28,296 nt of DNA, taken from a virus (taxonomy: Duplodnaviria; Caudoviricetes). Location: positions 1 through 28,296 of the IMG/VR virus record IMGVR_UViG_3300005805_000351. One strand, given 5' to 3'. Below are positions 1-8,688 of the stretch, piece after piece. A program made the translations under genes and the position numbers. The first letter of the stretch is position 1. Every line of letters starts with the position of its first letter. A model generated the notes under the pieces. It saw nothing but the letters and a program-made list of their open reading frames with translations, was not told the origin of the DNA and searched no databases.

Positions 1-597
1 GGCGGTGGTGGTGGATATGTAATGTACTCATATAATGGATCTCTTGCTCCAGGTGGATTTGCATCTGGTGATATTCTTAATTTTACCATCGGAAATCTGG
101 GAACAGCAGGATCAGGAGGACTTTCTGGAAGTGCAGGAGGAACTACGAGTTGGGATAGTCACACAAGAGGAGTTAATGTTTATTCTCCTTCCACAATAGC
201 CGCCGTTGGTGGTCAGGGTGGGTGGGCAAGCACTGTAAGACTAATTGCCGCCACTGGAGGGTTGGGAGGAACGGCACTCGGAGGAAATACGAATTTACAA
301 GGACTTTCAGGGTTTAATGGTCAGGCAACCACATCTCTTGCTAATTCTGGAACAGGAGGAAGCGGCGGTTCTCATGCAACATCAGGAGCATTGGGTTTTG
401 GTTGGAGCGGTGGTCGATATGGATATTATACTGGCACTGATCCGCCGATATTAACACAATCAGCAGGAAGTGGAAATACTGGTGGCGGTGGTGGTGGCGG
501 ACCCGCTGGTATTGATAGCACTGGCACTTTTTTCTCATCGCCTGCTGCCACAGGAGGAAGAGGAATGGCAAGAATAAAGGTATACACAAACACATGA
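1..597 (+). CDS. Glycine-rich tail fibre/adhesin C-terminal region (5'-truncated)
   Basis: Frame is open from base 1 (GGGGGYVMYS...). Many GxGG/GGxGG repeats, a GGGGGGG run and the ending GGRGMARIKVY resemble the Gly-rich domain at the end of phage tail fibre/adhesin proteins. Confidence 0.6.
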   Translation, partial: GGGGGYVMYSYNGSLAPGGFASGDILNFTIGNLGTAGSGGLSGSAGGTTSWDSHTRGVNVYSPSTIAAVGGQGGWASTVRLIAATGGLGGTALGGNTNLQGLSGFNGQATTSLANSGTGGSGGSHATSGALGFGWSGGRYGYYTGTDPPILTQSAGSGNTGGGGGGGPAGIDSTGTFFSSPAATGGRGMARIKVYTNT

Positions 598-1166
598 ATC
601 GAATAAAGGTAAATATTCCAGAAGGAACAAGCGGTGATTGGTATATCAAAACAGTCACTGGAGATGGTTCCTCAATATACGAAGATGCATGGGGTAAGCC
701 GATTGCTGGAAAATCAGAACCGCATGGAGAATACACCTTTCTTATGCACAAGAAGTGGGCATTTGTCATGCAGGATACCTATCACGAATATCTCGAACAC
801 GAATCCCTTTGGAGTGGTGCAACGGGGAATGTGCTTATAGGTGGATTAGGCTTGGGATTGGTGAATCATGTACTCATCAATATTCCCAACATAACAAGCG
901 TCACCATTGTCGAAAAACACCAAGAAGTTATTGATCTTGTATGGGATCACTGCCCAAAGGATGCAAGGTTTACACTGGTTCATGCCGATATCCACACATG
1001 GAATCCACCACAAGGAATGACCTGGGATTATGCATGGTTCGACACTTTTACGGATGAAATTGTAATTGACGAAGGAATAAATGAAACCCAATACCAAGCA
1101 ATGATCGAACAAAAGTATGGCAATCTTTGTTCTTCGATTGGAATATGGCAACCCATCTGGACTTGA
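594..1166 (+). CDS. Class I SAM-dependent methyltransferase fold protein, spermidine-synthase-like
   Basis: Motif I VLIGGLGLG, acidic end of strand 2 in VTIVEKHQEVIDLV, then LVHADIH and WDYAWFDTF. ATGA overlap with the upstream stop. Confidence 0.8.
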   Translation: MNRIKVNIPEGTSGDWYIKTVTGDGSSIYEDAWGKPIAGKSEPHGEYTFLMHKKWAFVMQDTYHEYLEHESLWSGATGNVLIGGLGLGLVNHVLINIPNITSVTIVEKHQEVIDLVWDHCPKDARFTLVHADIHTWNPPQGMTWDYAWFDTFTDEIVIDEGINETQYQAMIEQKYGNLCSSIGIWQPIWT

Positions 1167-1221
1167 TATAAGTCCAATGAAAACCCAAAATATCAACCCA
1201 ATCTCCACTTCAATTTTTTTA

Positions 1222-1248
1222 CTCTCCATACATAAGATAATGGGGAGG
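1222..1248 (+). promoter_or_regulatory. Putative late promoter box ATACATAA (1228-1235) inside a hairpin that sequesters the RBS of the 1253 gene
   Basis: CTCTCCAT (1222-1229) pairs with ATGGGGAG (1240-1247), with one G-U pair, covering most of the SD GGAGG (1244-1248). The same 8-mer occurs at 27305-27312 and resembles the T4 late promoter TATAAATA. Confidence 0.55.
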
Positions 1249-1252
1249 AAAC

Positions 1253-1540
1253 ATGGGAACACCTGTAGGTAAGTCGGGCGATCTGTTCGTCTATAAAGAT
1301 AAGAATGGCATGAGAACGGCAAAACCTGTTGTGGGTTTGCTGTCTTCTGCCCATACTGCCAATGGCTCCCCTGTTCTGTTTTCCGCAGAGGCTGTCCGCT
1401 TGGCGGATGGACGCACCGTGGTTTTGGGTGCGGATTTGGGGTCGAGATACACCGTTAATGGAAACCCAGTGAAAGACCTGCATTCCCGTGCAGGAACGCT
1501 CAACGGCGATATCGGAGGACAATACGGAGTTGCCAGATGA
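1253..1540 (+). CDS. PAAR-like baseplate spike tip protein (T4 gp5.4-like), degenerate
   Basis: 95 aa. N-terminal PVGKSGD resembles PAARxGD, and there are two NGxPV repeats (TANGSPV, TVNGNPV). Strong SD GGAGG. Lies two genes upstream of gene 25. Confidence 0.6.
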   Translation: MGTPVGKSGDLFVYKDKNGMRTAKPVVGLLSSAHTANGSPVLFSAEAVRLADGRTVVLGADLGSRYTVNGNPVKDLHSRAGTLNGDIGGQYGVAR

Positions 1541-2190
1541 GCGAGACAGATATGGGAATAGCCATTAGAGAGTCTTTCGAGTGGGGAGTGCTGATAGCAA
1601 GTATTGTTGCAGGACTTATCATAGGCTGGATACGGTTGGGTGGAGCCATAAAAGAAATTGTCGGTTCTTGGTTTTCAAAGAAACCAAAGTCTAAACAGGC
1701 ATTTCTACTGGACAAAAACATCAATGAATTTCTAAACCAATTGAGATTCAAAACCAATTCGTGCAGAGTACGGGTCATGCAGTTTCATAATGGCGGCAAT
1801 TTTGCCACTGGCAAGTCGATGAAAAAGATATCGGCAACCCATGAGTCTTTTCATCCTGCCATGACCCCTACCGTTTCCTCTTCCGACCAGATGGTTTCCC
1901 TGTTTTCAGATCTATTGGAGATGTGCCACGAAAACGATCCCGTGCTTATGAATACCAACTCATTAAGGGATTCTTATTTCAAATCATATCTACAGACAAA
2001 CCATGTTCTTATGTTTTCTGTGCTGCCTATCCGAAACACCAAGGGAGAAGAAATAGGATGCATTATCTGTGAGTGGTGTGCATGGGAATTTGCCGATAGG
2101 GTAAATCTGGATATTTTCTACGATCAGTTCCAAGAAACAAGAAATTCAATAGAATATCTCATAAGTATTGAGAAGAAAAAAGGACGCTAA
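1537..2190 (+). CDS. Probable T4 T-type holin (single N-terminal TM helix plus GAF-like soluble domain)
   Basis: 217 aa, about the size of T4 holin T. One hydrophobic helix WGVLIASIVAGLIIGWI, then a GAF-like pattern (INEFLNQLRFKTNSCRVRVMQFHNGG ... FSVLPIRNTKGEEIGCIICEW). Confidence 0.5.
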   Translation: MSETDMGIAIRESFEWGVLIASIVAGLIIGWIRLGGAIKEIVGSWFSKKPKSKQAFLLDKNINEFLNQLRFKTNSCRVRVMQFHNGGNFATGKSMKKISATHESFHPAMTPTVSSSDQMVSLFSDLLEMCHENDPVLMNTNSLRDSYFKSYLQTNHVLMFSVLPIRNTKGEEIGCIICEWCAWEFADRVNLDIFYDQFQETRNSIEYLISIEKKKGR

Positions 2191-2192
2191 AG

Positions 2193-2588
2193 ATGGCAAG
2201 CGAACCAACATACAAAGACTTTGACCTTGCCCTAAAGGTGCATCCTCTTACACGGGATATTGCTACATTTTCAGATGAATCGGCAATCAAAAACGCTCTG
2301 CGGAATCTTGTACGGTTGGCTCCTTATGATAAACCGTTCAATCCAGAGATTTCCTCTCCTCTCTATGGATTGCTCTTTGAACCTGTGGATTCTGTCTCTT
2401 CATCAATAATAGAATTAAAATTAGAGATTCTTATTTCTCAGTTTGAGAGAAGAATCAGAAATGTAAAAATAGAGGCAATTCCGATGCCAGATGACAATAA
2501 ATACGAAGTAAACATCTCATTTATTGTCACGAAAACAAATGAAAGAGAACAACTTCAACTATTCTTGCCTGTAGAGAGGCTCAGATAA
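2193..2588 (+). CDS. 25: Baseplate wedge protein gp25 (gpW/gp25 family)
   Basis: YKDFDLALKVHPLTRDI, AIKNALRNLV, KPFNPEISS, LLFEP, FERRI and the terminal ERLR match T4-like gp25. Directly precedes gene 6. Confidence 0.92.
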   Translation: MASEPTYKDFDLALKVHPLTRDIATFSDESAIKNALRNLVRLAPYDKPFNPEISSPLYGLLFEPVDSVSSSIIELKLEILISQFERRIRNVKIEAIPMPDDNKYEVNISFIVTKTNEREQLQLFLPVERLR

Positions 2589-4561
2589 TGGCGAATGAAA
2601 ACTTTCTGAATATCACAGAATTAGATTTTGAAGGCATAAAGAACAACTTCAAAGAGTATCTCCGTTCAAAGCAAAAATTCAACGGATACGACTTTGAAGG
2701 TTCGTCTATGAATATTCTCTTTGATATTCTTGCCTACAACACCCACTACTCTGCATTTTATGCAAGCATGGTTGGAAACGAGATGTTTATTGATAGTGCC
2801 ACCAAGCGTGACTCTGTGGTATCCCATGCGAAACTCCTAAACTATGTTCCACGATCCATGACTTCGGCAAAGGCAACCATAAACCTACAGAGAACAAGTG
2901 TAGGCACAATCAATCGTGGAGACATCATTGTTGGTTCTTATACGAATGAAAATAATCAGACAATTTCAAAAATTTTCACATTTCTTGAAGACTATGAATA
3001 CACTCTTACCAATGGAAACTATGTCATAAACAATGCCCTCATATACGAGGGTCTTATACAATCGCTGACATATGTGTTCGATTCCAGATTACGGGAAAAG
3101 AAGTTTCTTGTTCCTAAAAATGCCGATATTTCCACCATTCGTGTAAAGGTAAGACAGAGTGCGGCTGCTGCCGACGATGATACCGAAGCATGGTATCGTG
3201 CAACTGATTTTTCTCTGCTCGGAGCAGAGGAAAAGGTGTTCTTCCTACAAGCAGCATATGATGGACAGTATGAAATCTATTTTGGAGACGGAGTTTTAGG
3301 AAAGGCACTCACCAACGGAAATATCGTCTATATTGAATATCTACAGTCATCTGGAGAAGAGGGAAACTACTTCTCTTCGTTTGTTCCGCCATCAAGCACA
3401 CAACTAACTCTTGTGTCTCCTGCTGTTGGTGGTGCAAGTCCAGAAGATATAACAGAAATAAGAAAGAATGCACCAAAGGCTTTTGTTGCACAAAACAGAA
3501 GTGTCACAGCCCGTGACTATGAGAGTATTGTTCTCTCTCTGTATCCACAAGCAGAAACGGTAAAGGTGTGGGGAGGAGAAGAGAACGATCCTCCTCAATT
3601 TGGAAAAGTATTTGTGTCGATAAAGCCGAACGGTGGAGACACGATTTCGGATGCAGACAAGAGATTCCTACTGACGGCTCTCAAAGACAAGGCTGTTGTT
3701 GGTATAGTTCCAGAGGCAGTCGATCCAGAATATCTCTACGGAATACTCAATGTTACGACCAACTTCAATCCTTCAAAAACAACTCTTTCAAGAAATGAGA
3801 TATCTGCTCTACAACGAGCGAAGATTGTGGAATACTTTGACAATACTCTTGAAAAATTCGACACATCTCTATACCTTTCAAAACTGAACAAATTGCTTGA
3901 TGAAGTCGATTCATCAATATTGGGAACTACTGTCAAAACTCTTATAGAGCAAAGAATAAGACCAAGCACAAAATACCCTACATTTGTAGACCTAAAATTC
4001 TACAATCAGATATTTCATCCATATCCTGGTCACAAGGGTTCCGTGCGGTCATCGCTTTTCACCTATAGAAATTCAGTTGGTGAATCCAAGGCTTGCTATA
4101 TTGAAGACGATGGCTATGGCAATCTCCATATCGTCACAGGTGAAGGTGGTGGAAAAAAGACTGTTGAAAAGAATGCAGGCGAAATAGACTATTTCACTGG
4201 TTCTTTGGTTCTGTTCAAATTCAAGCCAGTGAACTACATCTCAAACGACCATATAAAGATTCGCATACAGCCAATCACAGATGATATATTTGCCATGAAA
4301 AACAAGATAATAAAAACAGACACAGGAAGCGTAAACATCTTTGTTTATACCAAAGAAGAAACAGAAAGATTCTTGAAAAGTGGAGGACAGGATTTCCGTG
4401 ATTCTCTCAATACAAGAGGACTGATACCAGATGGTCCTGTTGTTGTTTCCGCAGGAACAATACAGAGTCCAAGTCCATTCTATGTTCCGAATGTTCCTCC
4501 TGCTCCTCCATTGCCAAATGCCGTGCCTATAACACTCCCAAATCTAAACAGAATCCTGTAA
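2588..4561 (+). CDS. 6: Baseplate wedge subunit gp6
   Basis: ITELDFEGIKNN, YDFEGSSMNILFDILAYNTHY, NEMFIDSATKRDSVVSHAKLLNYVPRS, YEIYFGDGVLG, AQNRSVTARDY, VWGGEENDPPQFGKVFVSIKP. TAATG coupling to gene 25. Confidence 0.95.
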   Translation: MANENFLNITELDFEGIKNNFKEYLRSKQKFNGYDFEGSSMNILFDILAYNTHYSAFYASMVGNEMFIDSATKRDSVVSHAKLLNYVPRSMTSAKATINLQRTSVGTINRGDIIVGSYTNENNQTISKIFTFLEDYEYTLTNGNYVINNALIYEGLIQSLTYVFDSRLREKKFLVPKNADISTIRVKVRQSAAAADDDTEAWYRATDFSLLGAEEKVFFLQAAYDGQYEIYFGDGVLGKALTNGNIVYIEYLQSSGEEGNYFSSFVPPSSTQLTLVSPAVGGASPEDITEIRKNAPKAFVAQNRSVTARDYESIVLSLYPQAETVKVWGGEENDPPQFGKVFVSIKPNGGDTISDADKRFLLTALKDKAVVGIVPEAVDPEYLYGILNVTTNFNPSKTTLSRNEISALQRAKIVEYFDNTLEKFDTSLYLSKLNKLLDEVDSSILGTTVKTLIEQRIRPSTKYPTFVDLKFYNQIFHPYPGHKGSVRSSLFTYRNSVGESKACYIEDDGYGNLHIVTGEGGGKKTVEKNAGEIDYFTGSLVLFKFKPVNYISNDHIKIRIQPITDDIFAMKNKIIKTDTGSVNIFVYTKEETERFLKSGGQDFRDSLNTRGLIPDGPVVVSAGTIQSPSPFYVPNVPPAPPLPNAVPITLPNLNRIL

Positions 4562-4569
4562 TCTAGACT

Positions 4570-6255
4570 ATGCCTTTCATATCAAATACTACTGTAGACC
4601 AAGATCGTCCAATGGACACCACAAGAAGAAGTGGTGTTTCAAAGATTGTCAAACAGTCTATTCCTGGTTTTGTACTAGACGAATATCCGCTACTGGTTGA
4701 ATTTCTTGAAGCCTATTACGAATGGCTCGATCAGAAAGGAAATCCGTTTGAATTTTTACAGAACGGCAATAGGTACTTTGATGTCGATACCACAACTGAT
4801 GAATTTCTAAAATATTTCAAGAGTTCGTTTCTTGATGGGTTTCCACAAAGAATAGCCACAATCGAAGGAAAAGAGAAAGACGAAAGAACACTGATAAAGA
4901 ACATCAGAGAACTCTATAAAATCAAAGGTAGTGAAAAATCCATACAGTTGTTCTTCCGTCTTATTGCCGATTCAGACAGCATCATAGAATATCCCCGTGA
5001 AATGATGTTTTCTCTCTCTTCGGCTAACTACAGGAATTATCACAAGATCCATGTGCTCAGAGACTCTACGGCAGTATCGAATGGATTCGATCCAACCGAA
5101 GTAGAAGGACTCGTATTGAATCAATATGAAGGAGTGACCGAACTAATAGGATCTGCAACCATGTTGCAAGCCTATGAAATAGAATCTGGTGGAAAACAAT
5201 ATTTTGTATTTTTGGTGGCAAATCCTGTGGGAGAATTCCTACAGTCCGATTTCATGCCTTTGCTTCTAACACAAAATGGAGTTGTCCACGAATTCTATCC
5301 TGCCACTGCCGTTTCGGGACTACAGATTCTCAATGGCGGAAAGGACTATTCTGCTGGAGAATTCTTCACCATAGGCAATACGGCAGAACAGTGTATAAGG
5401 GGATTCATATCACAGACAGATTATGAAGGCAAGATATCAAAAGTCAGGCTTTTCGATACACCAGTAAACTATACAGGAACAAACACCGTTTCCATTCAAT
5501 CTCCAATAGGAACTGGTGCTGCTTTTGCCCTGCAAACAACGGTTTTATCAGAGGCTATTCAGGAATATGAAAACAACAAGAATCTTCTGAGCAGCGTGTC
5601 GAGAATACAGGATAGTTTTGAGTATCAGCAGTTTTCTTATGTCATTAAATCAAAGCGTTCTCTTGAGGAGTACATTGATGCAATCAAGAGAGTTGTGCAT
5701 CCTTCTGGATTTGTCATCTTCAACTCTCTCTACAACAATGTCTACAGCATAAGACCTTCTCAGTACGGAACAAGAGCAATGGCTTATGAAAACACAAGCA
5801 TTGGTTCTTATGCTGGCTATAATTTCACATCTAGAACAGGATCAGGAGATACGGGTGGATGGAATGTCTATAGGGCAGGAAATCCCGATCCTGCTGGAAA
5901 CGACTATAAATGGGGAGCAGTGTTCAATAGATGGGACAGTTATAGCGGAGTACCATTCAATCCTTCTGAGAGTACAAACGGAGAACACGAACCAGATACA
6001 AGGTATTTTTGGAGAGGTGATACTTCTCCAAAACTTGGAGCAACCTTTGCAAAGATTCTAGTTGACGAAGGAACTAACCCAACAAGCCTTTCTGTTCTGC
6101 CAAACAATGAACAAACACAATATTCTGGCATAACAGAATGGATTGCAATGCCCCATCCATCCATAAGACAAATGACAGAAATACCAAACGGAACAGAATT
6201 TAAAGACATACGAATAATAGACATTCTTGCAATGCCTGTTCCTATTTTTTCGTAA
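4570..6255 (+). CDS. 7: Baseplate wedge initiator gp7-like protein
   Basis: IPGFVLDEYPLLVEFLEAYYEW, LIKNIRELYKIKGSEKSIQLFFRLI and IQDSFEYQQFSYVIKS...VVHPSGF are typical of T4-like gp7. Lies between genes 6 and 8. Confidence 0.8.
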   Translation: MPFISNTTVDQDRPMDTTRRSGVSKIVKQSIPGFVLDEYPLLVEFLEAYYEWLDQKGNPFEFLQNGNRYFDVDTTTDEFLKYFKSSFLDGFPQRIATIEGKEKDERTLIKNIRELYKIKGSEKSIQLFFRLIADSDSIIEYPREMMFSLSSANYRNYHKIHVLRDSTAVSNGFDPTEVEGLVLNQYEGVTELIGSATMLQAYEIESGGKQYFVFLVANPVGEFLQSDFMPLLLTQNGVVHEFYPATAVSGLQILNGGKDYSAGEFFTIGNTAEQCIRGFISQTDYEGKISKVRLFDTPVNYTGTNTVSIQSPIGTGAAFALQTTVLSEAIQEYENNKNLLSSVSRIQDSFEYQQFSYVIKSKRSLEEYIDAIKRVVHPSGFVIFNSLYNNVYSIRPSQYGTRAMAYENTSIGSYAGYNFTSRTGSGDTGGWNVYRAGNPDPAGNDYKWGAVFNRWDSYSGVPFNPSESTNGEHEPDTRYFWRGDTSPKLGATFAKILVDEGTNPTSLSVLPNNEQTQYSGITEWIAMPHPSIRQMTEIPNGTEFKDIRIIDILAMPVPIFS

Positions 6256-6267
6256 GAGGAGAAGAAA

Positions 6268-6546
6268 ATGGCTCTAACTGGTTTTAAAAACAGAACACTT
6301 ATAGGAAAATCAGACACAACAATTCCAAATTTTACGGAAAAAGTCCCACAGGACAATGTTTCTATTTTTCAATTTTCAAAAGACCCAGAACAGTATCTAC
6401 ACCCAACAACGGCTATAGACAATTCAACAAGACAAAGATTGGCAGAAATGCAGATAAATACAAAGTATCAAGTATTCACGGTTCGAGATAAACCTGTTTC
6501 TGCCGAAAAAGAAGTTCCAATAGAAACTCCAGTACTCGGAGTTTGA
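6268..6546 (+). CDS. Hypothetical protein (92 aa)
   Basis: SD GAGGAG upstream. Fills the gap between genes 7 and 8. No recognisable motif. Confidence 0.65.
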   Translation: MALTGFKNRTLIGKSDTTIPNFTEKVPQDNVSIFQFSKDPEQYLHPTTAIDNSTRQRLAEMQINTKYQVFTVRDKPVSAEKEVPIETPVLGV

Positions 6547-6574
6547 TTGAACTACAAATTTATAGGAAAAACGC

Positions 6575-8680
6575 ATGACCGCTCTACCTCCAACACCACC
6601 AGTTGATTTTGACACTACAACAAAAGAAGTGATTCGTCGTGGTATTGCTGGTTCTGTATATGAAGACATTCTTGATTCAGACAAGTCGTATTTTATTGTA
6701 CTTGGAAGGAGTTTTCCTTGGGAAGCGGGAATGCCCGGTGTTCAGATAAGTGAAGGTGGAGAGACTGTTCCCTATCCAACAGATGATGTGGACACCTACA
6801 ACAGAAGCATGAGAAACGGATTCTTTGCGAAGAGAATTGGAGCAAACGATGTTCGCCTCATGCTGCCGCTTGTTCCTTGGAAAAGAGGAACCCGCTATGC
6901 ACGGTATTCATCAAATGTAAATATCTTTGATGAAAATTATCTTTTTTATGTCTGCACTTCGGACGGAAGCGTATACAAATGTCTTGAAAATGGAAGAAAT
7001 ACTGAAGAGATTGGTGTTCCGTCTCTTATAGAACCCATCATAAAGGACACAAAGAACTCTTTTAGAACACCAGACGGATATCGTTGGAAGTATATGTTCA
7101 CGGTTCCAGACTACGAAAAGAGACTCATCACTGCTTTTACCGATGAAACAAACTATATTCCTGTTTCCCGACCCACAGGAAACTATACATTTGGAGAGCA
7201 GATTCTTCAGTTTGAAGTACAAGAAAACGCAGTGCAAGGAACTGTGGACAGTGTGTTTATAAATCCTCTGTCTGTTCTTGCCTCGGGAACTGGATCAAAT
7301 TATTCCGTTTCTTCTGCCAAAAACAGAAACTACAAGATTATTTCTGGTGTTTCTGGTGCCACTTCAATGAAGATAGGAAGCCCGAGTCTTGTCTCTCCTG
7401 CAAACAACGCATACAAAGATTTTACCATTACAATCACCAGTGGTCCTGCTTCTGGCATCTATAGAAAGATAAACTCGTATACACCAGGAGTTGATGGTGG
7501 AATCATCACATTCACAAATCCTCTTCCAAGAGATGTGCCAGCAGAGTCTTCATTTCAGATTGCACCAACAATCAACATTCTTGGAGATGGAACAGGAGCC
7601 GAAGGCTATCTTAAACTAACCGAGTATCCTAATTCATTTGGAATAGAGAGATATGTTGTCACGAACACAGGAAGAGACTACACTGCTTCTTTCCTCTCTG
7701 ATCCTGAGCCAGCAGGAACTCTTACAAATTTTGTTGGTCATGTGAATGTTGCTCCACCAGGAGGACACGGCTATGACGCAGTAAGAGAACTGAATCCAAC
7801 CTATGTGCAACTCTGCATAGACATTAACGGTGGAGAAACTGCTTCGACACTAAATCTTGCAGATGGGGAATTCCGTCAAGTTTCCATTCTTAAAAATCCA
7901 ATTCTTTGGAACAGCAATCAGTTTGCTGGAAGCGAAAATGCAAGATTCATAGAATTGGTTATGAGAACCCCATCAGGTGAAGCAAACATAGAACCAATTG
8001 TGGCTGGAAACTATATTTTTGGAGAGACTTCGTTTGCCGTTGGTCAGATAGAAAGCGTTCGCAATACAGGCAGAGATTGGATTCTTTTGATTAAAAATCT
8101 CAATGGAAGCCTTATAGAATCCGTGCCTGGAACAAATGGAGAGAATATCTCCATATATGAAAGAACAGCCATAGGAAATGAATTACGCAGGCTTTCAAAG
8201 GATGTAGCCTTTGTTGTGTCATATTCTCCATATTTGGCATCAAATGCCACGAACCAAGTCTATAAACTAACCACAACAGTTGGCATAACTGGAAGTTTTT
8301 CTACGACTCTTTCGAATATGAAAAGCGGATACGCATATCTTGTTGGGAAAAGTGCGGACAAGTTTAATGCAAGAATTTTCTCGGTAAGAGGAGCGGCTGG
8401 TCCTACAGCAAGCCACACAGTCGAACTGACAGGTGTTGTTGGTATGGAGAATCTGGTGGCGGCAAGTCTCACTGGCGGAAGTCTCGTGTTCGACCAATTG
8501 ATACAGTCTGGACCCTCTGCTGGTCAGATAATTGAAAATAGAGGAACTGGTACTATTGTTTCTTTCAATCCACCCGCCTTTGAACCTCTTTCTGGAGAAA
8601 TAGTCTACATAGAAAATACAGAGGCAAAGACAAGAGACAGAGTACAAACAGAGCGCATATCGGTTCTCATCAAGATTTGA
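6575..8680 (+). CDS. 8: Baseplate wedge subunit gp8 (extended form)
   Basis: LGRSFPW, WKRGTRYARY, FYVCTSDGSVYKCLEN, TPDGYRWKYMFTV, PPGGHGYDAVREL, FRQVSILKNP and the C-terminus SGEIVYIEN...QTERISVLIKI. Confidence 0.9.
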   Translation: MTALPPTPPVDFDTTTKEVIRRGIAGSVYEDILDSDKSYFIVLGRSFPWEAGMPGVQISEGGETVPYPTDDVDTYNRSMRNGFFAKRIGANDVRLMLPLVPWKRGTRYARYSSNVNIFDENYLFYVCTSDGSVYKCLENGRNTEEIGVPSLIEPIIKDTKNSFRTPDGYRWKYMFTVPDYEKRLITAFTDETNYIPVSRPTGNYTFGEQILQFEVQENAVQGTVDSVFINPLSVLASGTGSNYSVSSAKNRNYKIISGVSGATSMKIGSPSLVSPANNAYKDFTITITSGPASGIYRKINSYTPGVDGGIITFTNPLPRDVPAESSFQIAPTINILGDGTGAEGYLKLTEYPNSFGIERYVVTNTGRDYTASFLSDPEPAGTLTNFVGHVNVAPPGGHGYDAVRELNPTYVQLCIDINGGETASTLNLADGEFRQVSILKNPILWNSNQFAGSENARFIELVMRTPSGEANIEPIVAGNYIFGETSFAVGQIESVRNTGRDWILLIKNLNGSLIESVPGTNGENISIYERTAIGNELRRLSKDVAFVVSYSPYLASNATNQVYKLTTTVGITGSFSTTLSNMKSGYAYLVGKSADKFNARIFSVRGAAGPTASHTVELTGVVGMENLVAASLTGGSLVFDQLIQSGPSAGQIIENRGTGTIVSFNPPAFEPLSGEIVYIENTEAKTRDRVQTERISVLIKI

Positions 8681-8688
8681 GGTAAAAG

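Noticed and set aside
481-500. GGT/GGC repeat tract as a tandem repeat or phase-variation site
   Set aside because: It is explained by poly-Gly codons in the fibre domain.
341-1778. Minus-strand ORFs 341-769, 846-1322, 1193-1522, 1291-1503 and 1500-1778
   Set aside because: They are antisense shadows of well-supported plus-strand genes and have no protein-like motifs.
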